Source: Candidatus Electrothrix sp. GW3-4
GTDB taxonomy: Bacteria > Desulfobacterota > Desulfobulbia > Desulfobulbales > Desulfobulbaceae
Assembly (NCBI RefSeq): GCF_037902255.1
Contig: NZ_CP147990.1
Span: forward strand, 1,950,001 to 1,982,000
DNA length: 32,000 bases
Reading direction: 5' to 3'
Positions 7,812-16,530 of the stretch are shown here, piece after piece. A program made the translations under genes and the position numbers. Position 1 is the first letter of the stretch, and each line of letters starts with the position of its first letter. The notes beneath the pieces are model-generated. The model saw only the letters and a program-made list of their open reading frames with translations. It had not been told where the DNA came from and did no database searches.

Positions 7812-8873
7812 ATGAAGACTGCAACCCTTGGCGAATTAGCCGCTTATGTTCATGGTAACGTCATTGGCGATGACCAAATTTCTCTGACCACTGTAAACAG
7901 CCTCAGCCTTGCTGAACCAGGCCAATTGACTTTTATTAATAATGTCAAACTGGCAGATAAATTGGCAGAGAGTAAGGCCTCTGCCTGTATTGTCCCAAAG
8001 GATTTTAGCGAGGCGGACATCCCCTTACTCCAGGTAGAGAATGTTGATCTGGCCTCAGCCCGGATCCATAATTATTTACTGGAAGAAGCATTTCAGGCCA
8101 CCGGAATTCATGACCGGGCCGTTATCGGGGCAGATTGCTCCATCAGCGAGCAGGTCTCCATTGGTGCCTTGGTGAGCATCGGTAACCGGGTCCAAATCGG
8201 TGAACGAGTAAAGATTGCCCCCGGAGTTGTCATTGGTGACGATGTGCAGATCGGTGATGGCTGCGTGCTCCATGCCAATGCTGTGGTCGCCTACGGCTGC
8301 ACCCTTGGCAAGCGGGTTGTTTTGCATCACGGCGCGATGATCGGCAGCGACGGTTTCGGTTTTGCCACAGATCCGCAAACAGGGATCCATGTCAGCAAAC
8401 CCCAGGTGGGTACCGTACGACTCGACGATGACGTACAGATTGGGGCCAACTCCTGTGTGGACCGGGCAGCCTTTGGCATCACCCATATAAAAAGCCAGGT
8501 GCGCATTGATAATCAGGTCATGGTAGGGCATAATTGTGTTATTGGCGAGAACTCCATTCTTGTTGGCCAGTCCGGTGTAGCAGGCAGCTCAACCTTGGGA
8601 CGCAATGTGATCCTGGCAGCACGGGCAGCGGTTGGAGGCCATATCCACCTTGATGATGGAGTGATGGTGGCTGCCCTTGCCGGGGTGCATAATGATCAGA
8701 AAAAAGGCGCTGTTGTTGGTGGCGTTCCGGCGGTTGATGTGAAAAAATGGGGCCGAGCTGCTGCTGCCTTTACCCGTCTTCCAGAGATGATCCGTGAAGT
8801 GAAACGCTTGCGAAAAGAGATTGACCGCCTGGTCAGTGAGCTGAAACCCTCTGATAAAAAGCCATGCTCTTAG
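7812..8873 (+). CDS. lpxD: UDP-3-O-acylglucosamine N-acyltransferase LpxD
   Basis: The N-terminal domain reads MKTATLGELAAYVHG...LTF. A long left-handed beta-helix of hexapeptide repeats follows (IGxxxxIG series), including SDGFGF and a C-terminal helix. Confidence 0.9.
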   Translation: MKTATLGELAAYVHGNVIGDDQISLTTVNSLSLAEPGQLTFINNVKLADKLAESKASACIVPKDFSEADIPLLQVENVDLASARIHNYLLEEAFQATGIHDRAVIGADCSISEQVSIGALVSIGNRVQIGERVKIAPGVVIGDDVQIGDGCVLHANAVVAYGCTLGKRVVLHHGAMIGSDGFGFATDPQTGIHVSKPQVGTVRLDDDVQIGANSCVDRAAFGITHIKSQVRIDNQVMVGHNCVIGENSILVGQSGVAGSSTLGRNVILAARAAVGGHIHLDDGVMVAALAGVHNDQKKGAVVGGVPAVDVKKWGRAAAAFTRLPEMIREVKRLRKEIDRLVSELKPSDKKPCS

Positions 8874-8912
8874 GATCAATGCTCTGTTGACCATGCCCCC
8901 TGTGAATCTCTG

Positions 8913-11126
8913 ATGTTTTCTCATCTCCGAAAACGGTGCAGGATCAGTCCGCTCACTCTCACAGGGGGGCTGCTTACGCTTTTTTTTATCCTTCTCGCTC
9001 AATACGACCCCGCCCTTCTCCATGAATTACGGCTGAAATCCTTTGATCTTTTTCTCCGTCATAGCCCTGCCCCGTTATCCGACCCCAGAGTTATTATTGT
9101 TGATATTGATTCAGCGAGCCTGGAAGAACTCGGGCAATGGCCTTGGCCCCGTAAACGCATTGCTGAGCTCCTCAAAAAAATCACCTCAGCAGGCCCTGCT
9201 GTTGTCGGCCTTGACATGCTCTTTGCCGAGCCTGACAGTAGTTCACCCCATCTTCTGGCCACCTTGGACGGTATGGAAAATGCCCCGGAGGCGGTGCGAG
9301 ACTATCTGCAAGCTCTTCCTGATTATGACCAATCGCTTGCCCGCGTCCTGGATCAGAGTCCTGCTCCTGTGGTGCTGGGCTCTGTCTTTACCAACTCAAT
9401 CAAAGGGGCGACTCAGGGAAAGAAAAATCTCCCTCGAAAAGGCAACTTTCTTTTTTATGGCCATAATCCGTTGCCCTTTCTCTTTCCATTCAGCGGGGTG
9501 GATTCCAGCCTGGAGATATTTGAGCGCACTGCCCAAGGAATAGGTTTCTTAAATATTATCCCGGATCAGGACTCCATTATTCGCAACCTTCCCTTGGTGG
9601 TTAATTATAGAGAGGAGGTCTATCCCAGCCTGGTCCTCTCCATGCTGCGGGCTGCCACGGGACAAGAAAACATCGAGTTAGAAACGGATCAAAACGGTGT
9701 CCGCGCTGTGCAAATAGGGGGGTACCGAATTCCCACCAATATGTACGGAGAACTGATCATCAATTTCAGCGGTCCTGCCCGGAGCCTGCCCTATGTCTCT
9801 GCCCACGATATTTTATCCGGCCAATTTGATCCTACCCTTTTTCGGGATGCCTATATCCTGATCGGGACCTCTGCCCCTGGTCTTTTTGATCTTCGGGCAG
9901 TGCCTACGGATCGGGTCTTTCCTGGAGTTGAACTGCACGGGCATGCCTTGAATACCATTCTCAGTCGAAATTTTCTTCATCGGCCTGAATGGGCCAAGGG
10001 ATCTGAGCTCCTCTATATCTGTTGTATAAGCCTGTTCCTGATTCTGGTGCTCTCTCGGCTGGAGGCAGCCAAAGGCGCCCTGGTGGTCCTTCTTCTTACC
10101 CTCGTATCGTCTGCCTTTGCGCACTGGTGCATGCATCATTACCATCTCCTGATTGATCTGGTCTACCCGCTGGCAGCCACCTGGCTTCTGTTCACGGTGC
10201 TCACCTTTTATAATTTTATTGCCGGAGAACGGAAAATACACCACCTTCGTTCCACCTTTTCCCATTATCTTTCTCCAGAGGTGGTCAAGGAGCTGCTCAA
10301 AAAACAGGGTGATCTTGTCCTGGACGGTGAAGAACGGGAGTTAAGTATCCTGTTTTCCGATATCCGCCGTTTCACCTCGTTGGCAGAAAAGATGTCGCCA
10401 GACGATCTCTGCGCCTTTCTCAATGAGTATCTCACCCCCATGACCGAGGCAGTGATGGAACGACGGGGCACTGTGGATAAATTTATCGGTGATGCTATTA
10501 TGGCCTTCTGGAATGCCCCTCTGGATACACCGAATCATGTCTCTCATACCTGCGAATGTGCCCTGGCCATGCTCAAGGAGCTTGCAATACTGAACAGCTC
10601 GTGGAGCAAACGAGGCCTTCCTGAAGTTCGGATAGGTATCGGTATTCACTGCGGGGTGGCCCGGGTCGGCAATATGGGCTCTCGGCAGCGTTTTGATTAC
10701 ACGATCATGGGCGATTCAGTCAACCTTGCCTCTCGACTTGAAGGGCTAACCAGGCTCTATGGCGCTGATATATTGGTTAGTGATGCAGTCTATACCATTT
10801 TACAGGAAAGCGATTTTTTCTTTCGCCAGATTGACACGGTCAGGGTCCTTGGCAAATCAGCTCCAGTGACCCTGTACCAGCTCATAGGCCTGCGCGACAA
10901 GCAGACAGTTGAGCGTCTCCAAGAGGTGAAAGCGTATTACGCGGCCCTTGAGCTGTATAACACAGGGGCGTTTTTCCAAGCGGCCAAAGCCTTCCAGATC
11001 CTGAAAAAAGACTATCCCAGCGATCTCCTGTATGAAGTCTATCTTGAACGATGCATCCGGATTGCAAAAAATCCCCCAGCGCAATGGAACGGGATTACCG
11101 ATATACAGAGAAAAAAAGGCGATTGA
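8913..11126 (+). CDS. CHASE2-domain class III adenylate/guanylate cyclase
   Basis: The order is an N-terminal TM helix, a periplasmic CHASE2-like region (IVDIDSASLEELGQWPWPR, FLNIIPDQDSIIRNLPL), three TM helices, then a cyclase catalytic core (LSILFSDIRRFTSLAE, DKFIGDAIMAFWNAP, GIHCG). A short TPR-like tail ends the protein. Confidence 0.85.
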   Translation: MFSHLRKRCRISPLTLTGGLLTLFFILLAQYDPALLHELRLKSFDLFLRHSPAPLSDPRVIIVDIDSASLEELGQWPWPRKRIAELLKKITSAGPAVVGLDMLFAEPDSSSPHLLATLDGMENAPEAVRDYLQALPDYDQSLARVLDQSPAPVVLGSVFTNSIKGATQGKKNLPRKGNFLFYGHNPLPFLFPFSGVDSSLEIFERTAQGIGFLNIIPDQDSIIRNLPLVVNYREEVYPSLVLSMLRAATGQENIELETDQNGVRAVQIGGYRIPTNMYGELIINFSGPARSLPYVSAHDILSGQFDPTLFRDAYILIGTSAPGLFDLRAVPTDRVFPGVELHGHALNTILSRNFLHRPEWAKGSELLYICCISLFLILVLSRLEAAKGALVVLLLTLVSSAFAHWCMHHYHLLIDLVYPLAATWLLFTVLTFYNFIAGERKIHHLRSTFSHYLSPEVVKELLKKQGDLVLDGEERELSILFSDIRRFTSLAEKMSPDDLCAFLNEYLTPMTEAVMERRGTVDKFIGDAIMAFWNAPLDTPNHVSHTCECALAMLKELAILNSSWSKRGLPEVRIGIGIHCGVARVGNMGSRQRFDYTIMGDSVNLASRLEGLTRLYGADILVSDAVYTILQESDFFFRQIDTVRVLGKSAPVTLYQLIGLRDKQTVERLQEVKAYYAALELYNTGAFFQAAKAFQILKKDYPSDLLYEVYLERCIRIAKNPPAQWNGITDIQRKKGD

Positions 11127-11146
11127 GCTGTAAAGGAGATTAAGAT

Positions 11147-11752
11147 ATGACTCTCATGATTTTTGGCTGGATTCTCTGGTGCGCCCTGCACAGCCTGCTC
11201 ATCAGCAGCAGGGTGAACCAATGGGTCAAGGAGCAGGGAGGCGTACTGCAAGGAAGCTACCGGCTGTTCTACAGCCTGTTTTCCGCCCTCAGCCTCATTC
11301 CATTGCTCTGGTACCAGTACAGTCTGCCCCAGGAGGTGCTTTTTTCCTGGGCTGGCTGGTTGCGCATCCCCCAGGGAATACTCCTGGCCTATGCCCTGGC
11401 CATGCTCTATGGGGGCAATAAGGTTTATGATGTGAACTACCTTATTGGAATCAGACAGTGGCAAAGCTATCAACGAGGAGAGGATATTTCTCCCCTGCCT
11501 TTCCGCTGTGAAGGGGCCCTGGCCTATGTGCGCCATCCCTGGTACAGCAGTGGTCTGCCCATCCTCTGGACCGTGGGCCCGCTCACGGATGCCAATCTGC
11601 CTGCCCGGATTATCCTCACCTGTTATCTCATTATTGGTACCCTGCTGGAGGAACGGAAGCTGGCCAAAGAACTCGGAGAGCCCTATCTGCGCTATCAAAA
11701 GCAGGTGCCCATGCTGATCCCCTGGAAAGGACGGGTAAAGCTCTCTGATTAA
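11147..11752 (+). CDS. membrane methyltransferase family protein (ICMT/PEMT/NnrU-like)
   Basis: This is a polytopic membrane protein with RHPWYSSG and a C-terminal LLEERKLAKELGEPYLRYQKQVPMLIPW, the pattern of isoprenylcysteine/phospholipid methyltransferase-like proteins. A strong RBS (AAGGAG) precedes it, and it starts 20 nt after the cyclase stop. Confidence 0.7.
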   Translation: MTLMIFGWILWCALHSLLISSRVNQWVKEQGGVLQGSYRLFYSLFSALSLIPLLWYQYSLPQEVLFSWAGWLRIPQGILLAYALAMLYGGNKVYDVNYLIGIRQWQSYQRGEDISPLPFRCEGALAYVRHPWYSSGLPILWTVGPLTDANLPARIILTCYLIIGTLLEERKLAKELGEPYLRYQKQVPMLIPWKGRVKLSD

Positions 11753-11756
11753 TGTT

Positions 11757-11793
11757 TCATCGGACGCCCTTACCCTTTCGATGGGTATTTTTT
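11757..11793 (+). terminator. weak candidate intrinsic terminator
   Basis: A short stem pairs CATCG (11758-11762) with CGATG (11779-11783) and is followed by GGTATTTTTT. The stem is only 5 bp, so support is weak. Confidence 0.3.
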
Positions 11794-11956
11794 ACACATA
11801 TTAACCAGAACTTCAAAGAGATAAAACGCGCCACCCTCACAGTCTTTTCTTGACTCTGGTGCTCTTTCATGTCATTACACCTGAGAAAAATAAGGCCGCA
11901 GGAAGTACACCAACTCTTCCCTGCTGCTGAACCGATCAACCACTCAGGTAAAAAAA

Positions 11957-12859
11957 ATGCCAATAACTCTCTCGCTGCTCAGAAAGGTCATCACCGTGGG
12001 GATGATATTCCTTCTTCCAACAACCAGCTTTTCCATTGACAGCAGCACACTGCTCCAATTTCTAGGAACCGAACATACGCCCCGCGTTTCCTTACTACCG
12101 ACGTCTCTCCCTCTTGCTGACAGTTTTAAACCGGGCACAAACCCGTATGCTGGCACTGTGGCCCAAATACAGGGAACAGCCTATGTCTATCATCAGGGCG
12201 GAACCGTTGCCTATAAACTGATGACCAATATCCCCCTCTTCAGCGGTGACACCTTGGTTACCGGAGAAAAAAGCAGGATCACCCTACAGATGGCCGATGA
12301 TACGATCCTGAGCCTTGCAGCCCAAACCAAGCTGACCATCGACAAATCTCTCCCCAGAATGAAGGTACGGGACACTGTTCTCCAGCTGTTCTTCGGCAGG
12401 ATCCGAGCTCTGGTGAAAAAACTCGCAGGGGAATATATAATCAACACACCGAACTCCAGTGTTGGTGTGCGAGGAACAGATTTTGCAGTGGTCGTAGCAC
12501 TTGCTCCAAAGAGCAGGATGGCAGGATGGAGAAAGAAGGTGCCAGCAGGTTTGCTGACAGCGGTGCTTACAGGCCAAGCCCCCTCAACAGTGGAGCTTGT
12601 GGGTCGTTTTGGATCCTCAATTATGGTGAAGCCATTCTCCGTTGCCGGAATAGCTACAGGAAGCCGCGCTGAAGAGGCCATGTATGTCGGACCTGCCGCA
12701 ATCCCTTTATTGCAGCAAATCGCCCCCCAAGAGGCCTTCCAATCCTACCTTCCGAAAAAGCCCGCTCCAGCAGCTGCTCCCTGTTGGCCCTTTTCCGGCA
12801 CAGCCAAGGGCTTAACATATTTTAAGGTATGCACACCAGGAGAAAAACCGAGCAGCTAG
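11957..12859 (+). CDS. FecR-domain protein (exported or anchored)
   Basis: The N-terminus has a signal/anchor sequence (VITVGMIFLLPTTSF). The core reads GTAYVYHQGG...LFSGDTLVTGEKSRITLQMADDTILSLAAQTKLTID...INTPNSSVGVRGTDFAV, which is typical of the FecR/PF04773 fold. Confidence 0.75.
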   Translation: MPITLSLLRKVITVGMIFLLPTTSFSIDSSTLLQFLGTEHTPRVSLLPTSLPLADSFKPGTNPYAGTVAQIQGTAYVYHQGGTVAYKLMTNIPLFSGDTLVTGEKSRITLQMADDTILSLAAQTKLTIDKSLPRMKVRDTVLQLFFGRIRALVKKLAGEYIINTPNSSVGVRGTDFAVVVALAPKSRMAGWRKKVPAGLLTAVLTGQAPSTVELVGRFGSSIMVKPFSVAGIATGSRAEEAMYVGPAAIPLLQQIAPQEAFQSYLPKKPAPAAAPCWPFSGTAKGLTYFKVCTPGEKPSS

Positions 12860-12863
12860 CCAC

Positions 12864-12907
12864 GGACCAAAGTAACATAGCCTGACTTTGGACCTTTAAC
12901 CTTTTTA
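12864..12907 (+). terminator. candidate terminator in a convergent gap
   Basis: The stem pairs GGACCAAAGT (12864-12873) with ACTTTGGACC (12885-12894) at 9 of 10 positions. TTTAACCTTTTTA follows. The U-tract is present only for the plus-strand transcript. Confidence 0.5.
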
Positions 12908-13927
12908 CTGCCTGCGCGGGTCAAAGGCCTCCTGGAGGGCCTCACCAATAAAAATTAAAAGAACAAGGGTACCAACCAAAACAGTAAAGGTCGTTAAGGA
13001 GAGCCACCAGGCCTCGATATTGGCCTTGCCCTGATTGAGCAGCTCGCCCAGGCTAGGGGTAGGCGGTGGTACACCAAGGCCAAGAAAATCCAGACTGGTC
13101 AGGCCAAGGATGGCCCCAGACATGCGAAAGGGCAAAAAGGTGATGACAGGGGTCATGCCATTGGGCAGGAGATGACGGTACATAATGGTCAGATTCCCCA
13201 CGCCCAAGGCCTTGGCTGCCTTGACGTACTCCATATTGCGGCCTTTCAGGAATTCAGCCCGCACGTAATCGGATAAACCCATCCAGCCAAACAAGGAGAA
13301 GAGGAGCAAGAGGAGCAGAACACTGGGTTTAAAAATCGAAAAAAAGATGATCAGCAGGTAGAGCTCTGGCATCGCGCTCCAAATCTCGATAATGCGCTGA
13401 AAAAATAAATCCGTCTTACCACCAAAATAGCCCTGCACTGCTCCTGCTATTATGCCAACAAAAGTGCCAATGAGGGTCAGGGCAAGGCCGAAAAGGATAG
13501 AGAGCCGGAAACCATAGATTAATCGGGCCAGGACATCCCTGCCCCGGTCATCTGTGCCAAGAATATTATCCTGAGAGGGCGGTGACGGAACAGGCTGGTC
13601 AAGCCCAAGGTTAATAGAGGCATAGCCATAGGGGTTCAAAGGAAAAACAACCTTATTGCCATCAACCGTCAATTTTTCCAGGATATAAGGATCCTGATAA
13701 TCGGTTTCGGTCTCAAAATCGCCCCCGAACACGGTTTCTGGATAGACCTTGAGCAGGGGAAAATAATATTGGCCCTGATACTTGACCAATAAGGGTTTAT
13801 CATTGCTCAAGACCTCGGCAAAAAGCGACAGTCCAAAAAGAAGGCTGAAGATCAGCAGACTGTAATAGCCTCTTCGATTTTTCTTGAAGTTCCTCCATCT
13901 GCGAGCCGCAAGCGTCTGTTTATTCAT
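12905..13927 (-). CDS. yejE: peptide ABC transporter permease YejE-like
   Basis: The protein is collinear with E. coli YejE as I remember it: RWRNFKKNRRGYYSLLIF, NDKPLLVKYQGQYYFPLLK, LGTDDRGRDVLARLIYG and a FIGEALQEAFDPR tail. Confidence 0.88.
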   Translation of the reverse strand: MNKQTLAARRWRNFKKNRRGYYSLLIFSLLFGLSLFAEVLSNDKPLLVKYQGQYYFPLLKVYPETVFGGDFETETDYQDPYILEKLTVDGNKVVFPLNPYGYASINLGLDQPVPSPPSQDNILGTDDRGRDVLARLIYGFRLSILFGLALTLIGTFVGIIAGAVQGYFGGKTDLFFQRIIEIWSAMPELYLLIIFFSIFKPSVLLLLLLFSLFGWMGLSDYVRAEFLKGRNMEYVKAAKALGVGNLTIMYRHLLPNGMTPVITFLPFRMSGAILGLTSLDFLGLGVPPPTPSLGELLNQGKANIEAWWLSLTTFTVLVGTLVLLIFIGEALQEAFDPRRQ

Positions 13928-13942
13928 AGCGCGACGCCCCTC

Positions 13943-14992
13943 TTATTGAACCTTTTCAAAACTGATCCTGGGATCAACCCAGACATAACTGAGATCAGAG
14001 AGCAGTCTGGCAATTAACCCGATCAGGGTGAAAAAATACAGGGTTCCCAACACCACCGGATAATCCCGATTAAGGACAGAATTATAGGCTAATAACCCCA
14101 TACCATCCAAGGAAAAAATTGTCTCTATGAGCAGGGCTCCAGTAAAAAAGGCGGTAATAAAGGAACCAGGAAAGCCGGTAATAATCGGGATAATGGCATT
14201 GCGAAACACATGCCGGTACAGGACCTGATTATCGCCAAGTCCCTTGGCCCGTGCCGTCATAACGTACTGCTTACGAATCTCTTCCAAAAAGGAGTTCTTG
14301 GTCAGCATGGTCATAACAGCCAAGCTCCCCACCGAGGTGGAAATAATGGGCAAAACCATATGCCAGAGATAATCCAGGATCCTTCCTGTCCAGCTCAACT
14401 CTGCCCAGTTATCCGAGATCAGCCCACGTAAGGGAAAAATATTCCAAAAACTGCCCCCGCCAAAGAGGACTATAAGGAGGATTCCCAGGACAAAGCCGGG
14501 GATGGCATAGCCGATAAGAATGATCGTGCTGGTCATCATATCAAAGCGGGATCCATCCTGAACCGCCTTGCGGATCCCAAGGGGAATGCAGACCGAGTAC
14601 ACAATGAGAAAGGTCCAAAGCCCTAAGGACATGGAAACCGGCATCTTGGAAATAACCAGTTCCGCAACCCCCTTCTGATGATAATAGGATTCACCAAAGT
14701 CAAAAACCAAGTACGATCCCATCATGGAGAAAAAACGCTGCAGGGGCGGTTTGTCAAAGCCATATATTCTTTTCAGCTGCTCAATCCGCTCCTGATCAAG
14801 CCCCTGTTTCCCCTGGTAGAGGCCCCCACGTCCGCCACCTGCCTCGCCACCTGCCCCTCGACCCTCAATCTGGGCCATCATCTTTTCCACTGGCCCGCCG
14901 GGCACAAACTGGGTGATGACAAAGGTGATAAACATGACCCCGAACAAGGTGGGGATCATGAGCAGAAATCGTTTGAGAATGTACAGACTCAC
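13943..14992 (-). CDS. yejB: peptide ABC transporter permease YejB-like
   Basis: The N-terminus is YILKRFLLMIPTLFGV, and the EAA-loop region reads YVMTARAKGLGDNQVLYRHVFRNA. The GTG start overlaps the upstream stop as GTGA at 14992-14989. Confidence 0.88.
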   Translation of the reverse strand: MSLYILKRFLLMIPTLFGVMFITFVITQFVPGGPVEKMMAQIEGRGAGGEAGGGRGGLYQGKQGLDQERIEQLKRIYGFDKPPLQRFFSMMGSYLVFDFGESYYHQKGVAELVISKMPVSMSLGLWTFLIVYSVCIPLGIRKAVQDGSRFDMMTSTIILIGYAIPGFVLGILLIVLFGGGSFWNIFPLRGLISDNWAELSWTGRILDYLWHMVLPIISTSVGSLAVMTMLTKNSFLEEIRKQYVMTARAKGLGDNQVLYRHVFRNAIIPIITGFPGSFITAFFTGALLIETIFSLDGMGLLAYNSVLNRDYPVVLGTLYFFTLIGLIARLLSDLSYVWVDPRISFEKVQ

Positions 14993-16530
14993 AGTTCCAC
15001 CACCGCCACAGAACCTCCTCTTCTGGGATCACCAACCCCACCGACCCCAGGCATGACCGCATGCACCCCACCGAAGTAAACATTCCGATCATCCCAGAGA
15101 TTTATCGGCACCTGTTTCTGTACTGCAGCGATCGCCTGGGCGTCAATCCCCGGCTCAATCTGCAATACACCTCCATCGTCGTCCCAGTGCAGCCTCGGCG
15201 CCTGGACCGCTTCAACCAGATCCCGTTTGAAATCGACATACTGCGTTAGGACCTGGCTTAATGCCGTTCTGATCCGCTTAGAGCCACCGCTCCCAAAGAC
15301 CAGTTTGACCTCATTCTCATAGAGGAGCGCAGAGGGTGACATCATGGAGCGGACCCGTTGTCCCGGCGGTTCGGCATGGAAGCCATCTGGATGGAGATCA
15401 TCTTCGCCCATCATATTATTGAGCATAATCCCGGTACCCGGCACAAAATACCCCGAGCCTTCCCCGTTGGAACAGGTCATGGATGCAATATTGCCCCGAC
15501 TGTCGGCAACCGAGATATGGGTGGTGCCGCGGCTGAACCGGCGCATCCTCCCTACGCTTGCCTCGCTATCCCTCCCTGCGATAAAATCAGCCAGGGTTTG
15601 AGGGCTGTCAACCCCCTGCTTCCGTAAGCGCTCCACCTCCTGCATAAGCCCCAAGGTGCGCAGCAGATATTCCGGGCTGCCCCATTGTTCAAGAGACCCA
15701 GCTACCTCTCCAATCTTCTCTTGTAAGAACAAAGACAGGCCGACCAGAGAACCCCCTAAATCCGGGGCGGTCAGCAGGGTATGGCCATGATAGGGTACCC
15801 GCAGGGGTTTGCGCTCAATTACCCTGTAGGCCCCAAGGTCTTCTGCCGTCAGTAGGCCGTCACCGTTGCGCATTTCCTGATCTATCAGGTGGGCTATCTC
15901 ACCACAATAGAACTCCTTGCCCTTATCCTCGGCAAGCTGCCGAAGGAAGGCAGCCAGTTCAGGGACCTCCAGGGTTGCCCCTGCCCGAAGAAGGGCTCCA
16001 TCAGGTTCATAGAGGGTGCGCCCGGGGGCCGTCATAGTAAGAATAGGTCGCAACAGCCGGATGAATTCGGCCTGAAAGGCATTGATCCTATGTCCCTCGG
16101 CCAAAATTACAGCTGGTTCAATGACCTCGCTCAGGGGCATCCTGCCCAGCCGTTCATGGATATGGAGCAATCCCTTCAGGGTACCGGGAACAGCCACAGA
16201 GCCTAAGCCGATATTAAACTCCTGGTCTGATCCGCCAAATTCCACCTTGATCGGATAAAAATGCGGTTCCAGCTGGGAGGTCTCCAGGCCGAGGCCAGGG
16301 GTATCAACAAAAAAATCAAAAAATATCTCCTGCTGATCCGCTGTCCGGGCCAGGGCAAAACCGCCTCCGCCCAAACTGGTCAGCATCTGCTCTGCAACGG
16401 TACCGGCAAAACCGGCTGCAACCACTGCGTCAAAGGCATTGCCGCCTGCTTCCAGGATGAGGGCTGCTGCCCCGGTCACCGCCTCATGCCCGGCAGCGAC
16501 TACTGCTTTCTTCTTCATCTTTCCCTTCAT
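14989..16530 (-). CDS. gamma-glutamyltransferase family protein, with no signal peptide
   Basis: Motifs include GGNAFDAVVAAGFA, the autoprocessing/catalytic TTHISVADSRGN and GSGYFVPGTGIMLNNMMGEDDL. I chose ATG 16530 (TAATG overlap with the ybdK stop). The ORF track starts 18 nt upstream, at 16548. The N-terminus is polar (MKGKMKKKAVVAAGH), so the protein is probably cytoplasmic. Confidence 0.85.
   Translation of the reverse strand: MKGKMKKKAVVAAGHEAVTGAAALILEAGGNAFDAVVAAGFAGTVAEQMLTSLGGGGFALARTADQQEIFFDFFVDTPGLGLETSQLEPHFYPIKVEFGGSDQEFNIGLGSVAVPGTLKGLLHIHERLGRMPLSEVIEPAVILAEGHRINAFQAEFIRLLRPILTMTAPGRTLYEPDGALLRAGATLEVPELAAFLRQLAEDKGKEFYCGEIAHLIDQEMRNGDGLLTAEDLGAYRVIERKPLRVPYHGHTLLTAPDLGGSLVGLSLFLQEKIGEVAGSLEQWGSPEYLLRTLGLMQEVERLRKQGVDSPQTLADFIAGRDSEASVGRMRRFSRGTTHISVADSRGNIASMTCSNGEGSGYFVPGTGIMLNNMMGEDDLHPDGFHAEPPGQRVRSMMSPSALLYENEVKLVFGSGGSKRIRTALSQVLTQYVDFKRDLVEAVQAPRLHWDDDGGVLQIEPGIDAQAIAAVQKQVPINLWDDRNVYFGGVHAVMPGVGGVGDPRRGGSVAVVEL

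Noticed and set aside
11039-11698. 219-aa minus-strand ORF
   Set aside because: It is antisense to the cyclase 3' end and the methyltransferase-like gene. The plus-strand gene has a strong RBS and recognisable motifs.
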